A stretch of DNA of 62,525 bases, the filler included, from Choristocarpus tenellus KU-1152 (Eukaryota; Protista; Phaeophyceae): the NCBI GenBank assembly GCA_964200185.2. It is 11 parts of 11 records of this genome, joined end to end, with 100 filler letters (N's around TTAATTAATTAA, not from the genome) between each part and the next. Parts side by side here need not be neighbours in the genome. Positions count along the whole stretch, not along the records: positions 1 to 3,456 come from CAXNAD020019914.1; positions 3,557 to 6,550 come from CAXNAD020023067.1; positions 6,651 to 16,143 come from CAXNAD020003633.1; 8 more parts are not named here. One strand, 5' to 3'. This document shows, in pieces, positions 1 through 10,800 of the stretch. Numbering within the stretch: position 1 is the stretch's first letter; every line of letters begins with the position of its first letter. The notes under the pieces were generated by a model. The model was not told the origin of the DNA. It ran no database searches and saw only the letters and a program-made list of their open reading frames with translations. A program made the position numbers and the translations under genes.

Positions 1-20
1 CCCCCCAGATACTTTGACCC
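1..20. mobile_element. Terminus of MITE/DNA-transposon family A' (GGGTCAAAGTATC end)
   Basis: ccccccagatactttgaccc; the same terminus occurs at 19938-19956, 23680-23710, 31378-31395 and 34342-34359. Confidence 0.7.
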
Positions 21-3000
21 ATGGTGGTGGGCTTAGGTGTGATTCAGTGATAGCAAGAGCCAGATCTTCACCAATATAAATAATCCCTTGAGATGACAAA
101 AGACGCGACCCAAGCACTAAACTTCTCTAGGTCTAAATTGGATCTTTGACGGTTTCAAGGCTAAAACCTGCTCTTATAGTAAACGCCTCTGTCCTTCCTA
201 CATGGGAGAACAAGCAATCAAATCGTCGATGTAAACGAGAGAACCACCAAGTGGGTCAAATTTGGCAAAAGCTATCGACACGATCCTTTGAAATTGCTAG
301 GGGGCATTTGATACTCCAAACAGCATCCTCTTTTTAAAAAATTCTCCAGAAGTGGCAAGAGCGGTCTTATTAGTCCCAAATGCAGCAGCTGGAAGCTGCC
401 AATACATAATCTGAATACCAAAACGTTGCTAAATTGGGCACCACCAGTGGTATCAATATGTGATTCCATATCTGACATAGGTCAAGTCTGTCGAACAAGA
501 TGTTTGTTGACAGTCGAGTCGTAGTCTACACAGGAACGTGGAGAGTCATCAGACTTGACTACGAGGCTAACAGGACTACTCCGACACCTGGTACGATTTT
601 CAATGATGCCTTACTCTTCCATAGTGTTAACACATGAGTCCATTATTTCACGAGTGCATGAGTTTGTTTTCTACGGGTTTGTATCGAGAGGGTTGATTCC
701 AGGTTCCATGGGAATTTCTGCTCAAAGCTTGATGTAACTCCTCTCTAGCCTCACTGAACAAGGCAGAAACAATATTCAGAGCACTAGTGGTGTTGGGCCT
801 CTGATCATATATTGGGATCAAGTGGCCAACTGAATCAACATCGATTTCGTATTTGTCGACCAAGTACTGAGAGTTTAGGTAACAAGGATAAGGTCCGTAG
901 ATGCTTGGGTTCATTTTGCTGGTTTACCTCTGGCACGGAATCAATACTTCAACGTAAATAGGACCTCTATAACGGTAGTATTAATGGACGGACTATCAGC
1001 AGTTGTGCAACGGCTGGTCATTTGGTGACCCTGGTGGTTTATTGTACTGTTTATGGAAAAGGTCAGGCACAGGTTCAAAATCATGCCGTACACTCACCAC
1101 AGAACACAAAGAAGTAGTACCTGTGACGGGTGCTTGCTGTTTGTGTCTCCTTGTTGTGTGTTGTCTTGCTGGGATGGCACGCAAGCTGATGTGAACCATA
1201 GACATTATTCTTGTCAATCAAGGAGTGTACCGAAGCCATACATGACACTATTATCAAGTAGTATTTTATTGAGATCAATTTGGGGAATCTCAAAGGCTTC
1301 ACAAGCAATGTAGTATCACCTAGCGTAAGTGACAAGCGAATAAACCCACTAATATGCAGGGGTGAACGGTTAGCAATATGCACATCTAATGCACCAGAGA
1401 TAGGATGCACATCCAAACGTTTGAGTTGAGGATTGTTAAAAGCAAGTGCCTCTGAAGTACATGGCACATCAGTTGCTATGTAACGGTTTCAAGTCACTTC
1501 CTTGTGTTCTTTGATGGTCCTACATGTGAAAACCCTTTGTGGTGAAAAAGAGTGAGGTTTTGGAGTAGATGGGTATCTGTACAAAGTCCTGTTGAACCAA
1601 AATTGATCATTAATTTACAACCTTGGTTGAACAAAAGGTAAAAAAAAATACTTAGAGGTAGATGAACAGACTACTGATGATGCCTAAGGGGTAAGTGGTG
1701 TGACTGGTGTCAACCTACAATGCTTGCCACTCCCTACAATAGTGTTAACTAAACAACGATTATTCCTAAACGGAGAGGAGTTAAACCCATCTGAGCACCT
1801 GTAAAGACAAGGAGTATAGTGGCCATCCTACATACTGTTTATTCTCGTGCTCTTGGTGTCAAAGAGACCCTTCCTCCTTTGACATAAGTATCACTGATTT
1901 ATGACCATGGAATTGTTGAGGAAAAAATAAGCTGAATGAGCGACCATCGCACCTCATCGCCTGGCAACCCAGGTACTGGTACAGCTCGTATTGTGGACTG
2001 CTACAATGCTGGTCTACACAATGACTTTGCATAGCATGGGTTTCAAAACACATTGATGTGGACGACAGGGCCAGGGTGTGGAATGGCCCGTAGAACAAGC
2101 TGGTATGGGTGATGTTGACGGCGACCAGGCTGAAGGATGTGTTGTGACCCAAAGTATCTGGGGGGGGGGGTCTACACCAGATTATCCATTTGGCTCAAAA
2201 TCAGGAAAAGTGCATTTAGATTATCCATCCGAAGTATGCAACCAAATCACCCAAAAATCGCGACATGAAAAAAATGCCCCCAAATGGACAGCTGCCACCC
2301 CCTCCCAGATACTTTGAGTCTTGTAGTTGGTTTTCCTGCCTGGTAGCGATCCACCTATGTGTGCAGACATTGGTTCTCTTACTGCAACTGAATCAGTCTA
2401 GACAGAAGAGCGTAATCGGTGCTATGTGCAAGAGCTTGGAGTTTCAAGAGGTCCTGAAATCATCCAGGCGACACAGTGTTAGTTCTTGCACACTCGTTGA
2501 CACAGTGTGCAATGAATGCGGGGATGGAATGGCCGAACTGTTGTGAGATGACCTCTTCCCAAGGGGCTGGATGAGGAGAGGAAACTGGGATGTCTTGAAA
2601 AAGGAAACGGCAAGGTATCACGACTGCTTGAGCTCTAGGCACAATGCGTAAGGGACATGGTGGAAGCACTAGTCTGCCCTTACGATCCGCCTGAAACGAT
2701 AGGTAGGAGGGACCCTTGAGCATGAACTGTGGGAGCAGCGAGGTACTGGATGACGAACCTGACTAACTGGACTCTGCCAGTTCATTGAGGGGTGAACCCA
2801 AGGTTTGGAATGTCTACATCGGCACTGGTCCTACGTTCATCAATGTCCGCACAATCAACTTCTGTCAACAGATCTTGTGGCAGTTATGCTATTTAGTTTT
2901 GACATTCACCACGATGAGATGGAGTTTGAATTTGTGTCCCTCACCCTGTATCTGGGCTCACTAATGTCGACAATGCAAATTGTGTTAGTCTGTGGCTATG

Positions 3001-3130
3001 TGGTTCATCCAGGCAAGGGTGGTGAAGAGAATAACTGGGCAAGACGGACCAGAAGCACCAAGACGAACTGCAACAGAGAGAACGAAGTTAAGGTTGAACG
3101 AGTGCAAGTGCTCAGAGTGGAGAGGATCTA
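21..3130 (-). mobile_element. Degenerate Ty3/gypsy LTR retrotransposon (gag-protease-RT remnant)
   Basis: The minus strand reads, across stops and frameshifts, GIIENR..SSPVSLVVKSDDSPRSCVDY..VNKHLVRQT*PMSDMESHIDTTGGAQF..YWQLP..KTA..FGVSNAP..FQRIVSIAF..LVYIDDLI..LKPSKIQF. The YIDD codons are at 222-233. A protease-like segment (VHIANRSPLHISGFIRLSLTLG) lies at ~1300-1400. Protease followed directly by RT is gypsy order. The gag boundary is approximate. Interrupted by a MITE at 2146-2320. Confidence 0.85.
2146..2320. mobile_element. Complete MITE, family A (175 bp)
   Basis: TIRs GACCCAAAGTATCTGGGGG and CCCCTCCCAGATACTTTGAGTC; 4-bp TSD ttgt at 2142-2145 and 2321-2324. The internal sequence matches 41906-42054. 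Confidence 0.9.
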
Positions 3131-3456
3131 ATGAGAGCATGGATCGTCAGAATGACAGGGGTGATGTGAAAAGAGATACAAAATAATCAAGGGTTAAGAC
3201 TGATATCTTGAAGAAGTTTCCATATGAACTCAAGCCTCACGGAAGATTTTGCACTGGAATCCAGGATTATGAGAAGGAACGTCAGAGGTTTAAATTGTAT
3301 ATATGGGATATGACAATAATGGTACTATAACAGACAATTCTACTTTGGGCATGTATATGTAAAGTATGAAAGTAACTAAATTCTTAATGATGTCTTTGTG
3401 AAAGTGTCAAAGGTGCCAAGTTCTTTTTTGCTCAAGGGGGCAATCACAATCACCGG

Positions 3457-3556
3457 NNNNNNNNNNNNNNNNNNNNNNNNNNNNNNNNNNNNNNNNNNNN
3501 TTAATTAATTAANNNNNNNNNNNNNNNNNNNNNNNNNNNNNNNNNNNNNNNNNNNN
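3457..3556. other. Artificial contig-joining spacer N44-TTAATTAATTAA-N44 (first of ten)
   Basis: Identical 100-bp spacers with a six-frame stop linker at 3457, 6551, 16144, 19818, 26854, 31478, 34242, 42055, 48234 and 58475. There is also an ordinary 10-N gap at 44341-44350. Confidence 0.97.
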
Positions 3557-3669
3557 AAATTAAAAAAAAAAAAAATTATATTTCCTCCCCCCCCCCCCCC
3601 CCCCCCCTCCCCCCTTCCCCATGGGCATTGCCTCTCAATCTAAAAGATTGAGAAGAGCAATCTTCACAG

Positions 3670-5602
3670 GCAGGTGCTCTTCCGTGAGTTCCAGGAGGGA
3701 CGAGGGAAGGCAGTGTGTGCTGCAGCGGCAGTCAACGGGATCAACTCTGGTGTGAGGTGAAGCACTATGTTGTTGTTGTCTTGTTATTAGAGTAGTGTGA
3801 TACTCCGTAGTCAAGAATTCTCATGCTAGAAAGTATCAACGCCTGTCCTAGGAGAGACATACGCCTGCCCGTGATCGTGGGTCTTTGATGAAGATGTCAA
3901 TACTATTATTATTATTGTGACACTGTGTTGGTGTGTGTCGTGCTGTATGTATACTGAGAAGACTTTGTGGAAATGTTATTATTATTGTGACGCTGTGTTG
4001 GTATGTTTCATGATATGTGTATACTGAGAAGACTATGCAGAAATATTATTATTATTATTATAACATTGTTGGTATGTGTCATGGTTTATGTATAATGAGA
4101 AGGCTATGCAGAAATATTATTATTATTGTGACACTGTGTTGGTATGTGTCATAGTTTGTGTGTACTGAGAAAACCATGTTGAAATATTATTATTATTATT
4201 ATTACATTGTATGTGTCATGTTTTACGTATAATGAGAAGACTATGCAGAAATATTATTATTGTTATTATTATTATTAATAATAATAATAATATTCTTTGC
4301 ACTCGTGCAACACAGGTTCACCATAAAATAAAAGGATAAGAGTTGTGATTGTCATTTGGTTTGGTTGGGTTGGGTTGGGTTTGGGTTTGGGTTGATTTAG
4401 CGGTTGGAAGTAACAAGTTAACAATCTGTTACATCGTTGGGTGGTATATACCGGTCCAGTGACCTCTGATTTCTATGTTGGGTGAAGTTGATAACTTGCT
4501 GCATTAGTTGGTGCCCTAACCCTAACCCCATGTGAAGGCACTCATAGAATCGTCCGTCCTATTGTTGCAAGTGTCGTATCTCTTTTTTGGAGGGGTAGGT
4601 TTGGGTAGTATGATTGGATGCCGTTGGAGTTGGAAGGTGATGGACTGACTATACGAAAAGCAAGTTTGTTGCCTGTAGCAGAAGCAAATGGATCTAGAGC
4701 TAGAGAGGTCTGTTCTGGAGCGATCATTTTTTTTTTTTTGATCAGTTCATACCGTACCTTACCATACCCATGGTCGCTTGGTCTGTTCTCTCTTGACGAG
4801 CCCCCTCCATACCGCCATCCCCTGTGCAACAACTCCTTTTCAAATTTTTTTATTAGAATTAATTACCCTTCTGTTTCAACTCATAGTCTCTTTCTCTGCC
4901 ATACAATCTCCCTTTTATTTTTTTGTTCATCCAGTGTGTGTGTGTTTGTGTGTCCCTCTCCCCTCCCATTGTTTCTAACTACTATGCCCAAGAATGACAT
5001 GAGGGTCAGGGTTGACTGACTGACCTCCTCAAATGTGTGTGTGTGTTTTGCTTGTTTGTGACTGGCACTGTCCCTGTCTCTCTGTTCCTTCTGTCTGTGT
5101 TTATGTATGTTTTGCCAATGTGTACACATGTACATGCATACATACATACATAGATACATATGTATGTATCTATGTCTTTCTTTCCTCTAACCTCTGCTAA
5201 CAATCCGACGACTCCGTTGCAACTTTGGGATGAACATCTGTGATATCATTATTATTATTTTTGTTACGGAGTGGTGTTACATCACGCACGCATATATTTT
5301 ATAAACCTGATCCTGAAACATTTTTTTGGGGAAACCCTTTCTTATTTATTTTCTAACCATACATACACACACACATATATATATATGTGTGTGTGTGTGT
5401 ATACATCATTAACTGCACCCAAATTATTTTATTTCAAACGCTCTTGTTCAAACGTCATAGCTGCACAACATTCGAAGTAGCTCTATCTCACGAGAACGCT
5501 CTGGAGCTCCTTGGGGGGTTTGATGTGGTCGTGGACGCAAGCGATAATCCTCGCACTCGCTATCTCGTCAATGACGCCTGCGTACTTCTTGGGAAACCTC
5601 TG
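3670..5602 (+). CDS. MOCS3: MOCS3/UBA4 adenylyltransferase-sulfurtransferase (ThiF/MoeB domain), two internal exons, partial
   Basis: Exons 3670-3756 (cag|G...AG|gtgaag) and 5461-5602 (tag|C...CTG|gtgagt) join in phase. They encode [77 protein letters not shown], containing the MoeB/MOCS3 signature Dxx[17 protein letters not shown]. Confidence 0.88.
3901..4293. repeat. Intronic ~70-bp minisatellite (5 units) ending in a (TAT)n/(ATA)n palindrome
   Basis: Unit approximately (tat)n-tgtgacactgtgttggtatgtgtcatg..tgtatactgagaagactatgcagaaa, repeated five times. Confidence 0.9.
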
Positions 5603-5628
5603 GTGAGTCTTTTTTTTTTCTATATATG

Positions 5629-5661
<33 letters not shown>

Positions 5662-6650
5662 TATGTGTGTGTGTATGGATTGCTGTTGTTTGGGGTTTAT
5701 GCTCTATCGACGTAAGTATGACTGCTACACCTCTTACGTGTACTTTCATCTGTGTATTCCTGGAGATGGGGCAATGTTGCTTACAACAATCAGGTGATTT
5801 GATGTAGTGTTTTGAATTGATACACACATTTTGAATACAGCAACAATATTTATATTTATATTTTTGTATTAACTCTTTTGGACAAGATAAGATGGTGAAT
5901 TCATTTTTTCTTTTTCTTTAAAACAAATTGGAAAAAAAAAAAAAACGACTGCTGTTTGCTGCACCATTTCTTTTGCTCTATTTTGTAAGATAGTTTCAGT
6001 CCAATATTCAATATTCATATCGAGTTCATCCAGATTGGGATGCTATTCCTCCCTTCCCCCCCCCCCAAAGGGACGCTACTCTACCCTCTAAAGATACCTC
6101 AACTCCTCAGTGTTTATCTTTAGAGGGTATCTAGTGATGTATCTAGTGATGACGTACAGAATACTCTCCGAGGCTTACAAAGTGTATCTATCTATGGATA
6201 GTTCCGATGATGCATTTTTTTTTTTTTGCCAATTTTTATTGTTTTTTTGTGTGTGTGTGTGTGTTGTGTGTTGTGTGTTGTGTGTTGTGTGTGTGTGTGT
6301 GTGACGCCATGTTCCCATTCACACACGGAATTTCGATCTTTCATTAGTGGTTCCGAGGATTGTGATCAAGCCAGTGTATGTATATAAATATAAATATAAT
6401 GTATTTCATATATATAGTACGTAGTTGGGAGTTTCACGGGATAAATTAAAAACAAAATAGAAAACAAAATAATAAACAAACTGGGTTGGTCGTGCAATAC
6501 GACGGATGAGGGTCAAAGTGTCTGGGGGTGGGTGGGGGTGGTTTGTGAGGNNNNNNNNNNNNNNNNNNNNNNNNNNNNNNNNNNNNNNNNNNNNTTAATT
6601 AATTAANNNNNNNNNNNNNNNNNNNNNNNNNNNNNNNNNNNNNNNNNNNN

Positions 6651-6706
6651 GTTCAAATGGACACTCTGGTGTACACCCCCCGCCCCCCTCCCAGATACTT
6701 TGGGTC
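6651..6706. mobile_element. MITE family A end at contig edge
   Basis: caaatggacactctggtgtacacccc...cccagatactttgggtc is the reverse complement of the family A left end. Confidence 0.8.
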
Positions 6707-6709
6707 AGC

Positions 6710-6885
6710 AAATGTGTCAGATGTAAGGGCAATTTTCTTCATATGAACACACCTCCTCATCCATTTCCTTGCCTGAACCGAGTTTGAAGGACCATCAAAC
6801 TGGGGTATCTACAACACCTCATCAAACCCCACATGGACAACTCAACCTGGACTAAACTTCCCCCCTTCTAGGACACTATGACCTG
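6710..6885. repeat. Dispersed repeat also present, inverted, at ~54195-54360
   Basis: The reverse complement shares gtttag.ccaggtt, gatgaggtgttgt..gatacccc, ggttcaggcaa and gttca.atgaagaaaattg.cc..tctgacac with 54195-54360. Confidence 0.6.
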
Positions 6886-7017
6886 GGAGAAGTGGTAGGG
6901 TCGGGGAGAAGAGAAAGAAAAATTTTGATTCGTATTGTGGAAGGGAATAAATTGTCTGGAAAGTTGCCGGGGAGCTAAGGATCCAAGCACTTTTTGCTTG
7001 GCCAAGATTGAAATTGA

Positions 7018-7532
7018 GAGTCAAAGCATTTTAGCGAGTAAGGCTGCATTCATTCGGGGTCATAAACCCAATATTTTGATGAGTTCTGGCTATTGTGTTG
7101 TTAGCAAGTGTCAATATCCTTTCTCTGGACACACCTTTAACGGTCTTGTACGTTTTCGGAAACTGTGTTCACACAGAAAACCGCAAAAGGACATAAAAAA
7201 CGAGTGGGAAGCCAAGCACCGAATGGACAAACAGGGCAAAAGAGTGAAAGTATCCTAGAGGGTAAGAATTTCCCCCTGTTTGTCCATTTGGGGCTTGGCT
7301 TCCCATGGTCTCTTATTATAATATTTTCCTACTCCAAAATGTTTCAGAGCAGGTAAAATGTATACGTTGGGAAAAGGTGTATCCGAAACAAGGATATTGA
7401 CACTTCCTAACAAACATGATCGCCAAGATTACATCAAAATTGCAACATTGGGTTTTGGACCCCAAATGGACGCCGCGGTACCCTCTAAGATACTTTGGGT
7501 CTAAACTCATACCCTCTTAAATACTTTGGGCC
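7018..7532. mobile_element. Older family B-type MITE split by a younger B MITE
   Basis: gagtcaaagcattttag...ggacaaacagggcaaaa (7018-7241) continues as taaactcataccctcttaaatactttgggcc (7502-7532). Confidence 0.75.
7242..7501. mobile_element. MITE family B (~260 bp)
   Basis: Termini GAGTGAAAGTATCCTAGAGGGTA and TACCCTCTAAGATACTTTGGGTC; flanks aaaa/taaa. Confidence 0.9.
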
Positions 7533-7838
7533 TGAGATAGTTGGCACTTTGAAATATACTGTTTGCCAGAGTGCGATCGGAATACAGTTCTATAAATCTC
7601 ACTATAAATAAGTCAGTATTGCCTTTTTTAGGTTGCAATTGCTACTGGTGATTAAACTATTCAGTGGACTTCCTTACCACTGTTATGTGCTACCATTTAT
7701 CTTCACCCAAGTTTGACAATGTCTGGTAATTCTTATCAAATGTATTAATATTTGCAGAATCATGACTTTACCCAACAGAGAACTGCTCCTCCCCACCAAT
7801 TTCTCAATCAGAGTACATGATAGATGCAATGACCATAC

Positions 7839-10800
7839 CTCTGCCCAAGCCCTTCTCTGAGGGACAAGTTGTCTGTGCAACGTTTATGTTCCTCCTTGAA
7901 TGATGACCACTTTTCTGCTGCAGCTAGTTTTTCCTTCTTCACTGTAGAGATGGTTTCCAACCGAGTGGTCACTGCATCTCGGATCTGTCTCAACAGGAAG
8001 GAAGTTCAAAATGGCAGCTGTGGAGCTTTTTCTTTAATGAGTAGTAATGGGCATTGTGGGAGAGGGTGAGATAACAACCATGTAATATCGCACTGGGATG
8101 AACTTTGCCCTATGACCCCTACTGCTGAGCATTATTACTATTTTTATCGATCTTGGCATGATGCTTGGGAATGTGTCAATGGGATTACTTTGAGTCATAG
8201 GAGAAGTGAGGGGGGATGAAACATGTGTCAACCAAACAAGAAATAGAACAGATCTTGGCAGATCACAAGCATTGCACAATGGTGACAGATGCGCTGGTGA
8301 GTTGTCTCCCAATATGTAGCATTTCAACATGCACAATGACAGTGTGATGTGAGCAATAAGATACTGTTCCTTGACACGTAGGCTTGATGTGAAATCTCTG
8401 AAGTTGGATCTTCGATGAAAAAAACTATATTGCTAAGCCCCGAGTGAAAGGGTACTCCTGTCAATATCCTGACCTAGCATTGCCTACAACTGGTCCTACT
8501 TGTTGTGGACAGGTGGACACCGCTATTAGCAGACTGCTGCAGTGTCACAACGACCGTGGCTTTGGTAGATTTGTACTCTTAGTTGGAGTTAGGAGTAGAA
8601 AACAACATAGTTATCTCTATTTGACTGCTCTGTCACATGAAATAGTAAGAACTTTTCTTTTTTGTAGCGTAGTCCAAGGAAATAACACATACTCCGGAGT
8701 AGAACAGGTCACACAACCCACCTCTTGTCGAGGTTGTTGGAGGAGTCGGTCAAGCTCCTCGACCTCCTTGTCATCATAATTGCCTCCATTGGCAAATGTC
8801 TGCATAGTTACAAGGCATGTTTTAAAGTGAGGGGGTGACAGGGATTCGTTTTGTTCAAGTATATGTTCTTACCATACTGCTATCATAGGAGGTCGTAGTC
8901 ATACATGGACATTCAGACGTGGTTGATTCTGTACTGGTGAGGCCTTCAGGATTGGTGATTGTGATACATATGCTTGGAATAGTACAACTGGATCTGGGAA
9001 TGAACTTCTTTCCTTTGTAACAATAATGCAACTAACTGCCTACAGCACAACATGAAATACTCCGAGAGGCCAGCAGGCAACTGTGAGTGGGAAGGGTCGT
9101 CTCTCATTAGAACAGCATGCTGAACAAGAGACAATAGTGAACAGGATCTTTCTTCCCGAAAACAAGTTATGTACCCTAGTGTACGTTGTTCCATTACTGA
9201 TGCCAGTCAATACGCTTTTCCTTCCCCTCCTTTACTCCTCTTCCACAGCACAATTCTCCTTGGAAGTCAAAAGACGAATATGAATAATGAAGTAGCACAG
9301 CACTCCCAATTCGATATTTGAACTTCAGAAAATGTATGTCTGCAATGGTGTCTTTCTCCACAACATAACATGGAGATAAAATGGCAAGGCTAAACCCTCT
9401 TTTTGACCAAGGGTGCTGCCTTTGAAAGAGAAATGCTGATCTCAAGATGCACGTACCTTGCAGAGGCGAATCAGGTCGTCACAGCTACTCAAGAGCTTTG
9501 TTGGCTCTTCCCTAGCAAGCTTTGTCAGTCGAGGTACCCAAGCTTCACAGTCAACCTCAAATTTTGCCAACATCCTCTTGCATCTTGGTCCAACCGGAGT
9601 GATGCAGGAAGTTGAGTTAGAGCAAAGGTGTTGGAAGGGTTGGGAGTGACTCTGGGTCTAAGGAATAAAATTCTTCGCAAAGAGGCCCAGAGTGATTCCT
9701 GTCCTATATCCCTTTGGTGTGATAACAGCTGCTCTGTGCAACATCACAAAGCTCAAGTGGAAGCAGCATGCCAAGACTTGAATTGTGATAGTATACGATG
9801 GTTGGAAGATGTTGGGAGTAACAGGTATATTTCGCTATTGTCAAAATGCCCCTGATTCTCCAGTGCTCAACCCACTCTATACATAGAGAGGATGAGTGTT
9901 CATGAGATGAAAAGATAGTAATATGATGCAATTATCTCACTGGTGGCGATGACTCTGAAGGGGCGACCGTCTTAGACAGTCTTTGAGGTTACCTGTCTGC
10001 TTAGTATACTCCCAGCTTCTATTTCGAGTCTGCACCAAAAGGTCCCTTAAGCCAAAATACCAGGCCACTGCCCTTGCGCTTTGAAATGACAAACGCATAT
10101 TTGCAGTGCAAGGCATCGACCCTTCATATACCTCACCTTGACGCCATCCCCTGAAGGGCTGCAACACTGGTGGCATCACAGAGGCCGCCTTGAAGAACAT
10201 CAAGGGCCTAGAAATATGCTTCCGCGGGCAAAGGTTCAATGCCAGGGGGGCAAGTGCATGGTGCAAAGGGTCAGGTACAAAACTAGGGGCAGGGGCAGGT
10301 TTTGACTAGAACGAATGCAAAGGACTTGAAAAAGAGGATTTTATGGCTGGGATGTGGAATGTATGGATCCACCCGTGTATAATAATTTGAATGTGCCCAC
10401 AAGGTACACTGAGAAGTGCGTGTGCTCCATACTTGGGTGAAGCAAAAGCAGCTAGACCATCCCTAGCCTAAGACACCGTGATGACTGTCAGAACACTTCA
10501 TATAAATGTTCGATTTCTTCATACTCTTTGGCTCTACGAGAAAGAAAACAACTTTCCCCACCCCTCTCTGCAGTGCCTATGGGTCAGATGTAATAGCTTT
10601 CTCCAATTGTATAGGAGAAATGGGATATTAACAAAATAATGTCAGTTGGATACACCCCATACAAAAAGGGCCAGGAACTCGATCCATTTGAATATTTGCA
10701 AGAGGCACAGCAATCTGCTGAAGGAGATAGATGTGTATATTGCAATGAAGGACCCTTCACCTGAGTACACCCAGGACAAAGGAATGGAAAGCCAATAGAT

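Noticed and set aside
3501-3512. Recurrent TTAATTAATTAA palindrome as a biological site
   Set aside because: It is always centred in 44+44 Ns, so it is an assembly linker with stops in six frames. ORFs running into it (ending X..LIN or N) are artefacts.
3901-4293. CRISPR-like array
   Set aside because: Whole units are homologous with no unique spacers, the context is a eukaryotic intron, and no cas genes are present.
6935-7510. Short ORFs with recurring peptides (KCQYP, ILEGR, PNGQTG) here and at 13302-13734, 20369-20697 and 32192-32712
   Set aside because: They are chance translations of non-coding MITE-B copies, not a peptide family.
7550-10300. Autonomous transposase next to the nested MITEs
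   Set aside because: The protein-like ORF fragments there resolve into phase-consistent CCDC180-like exons, and no DDE motifs were found.
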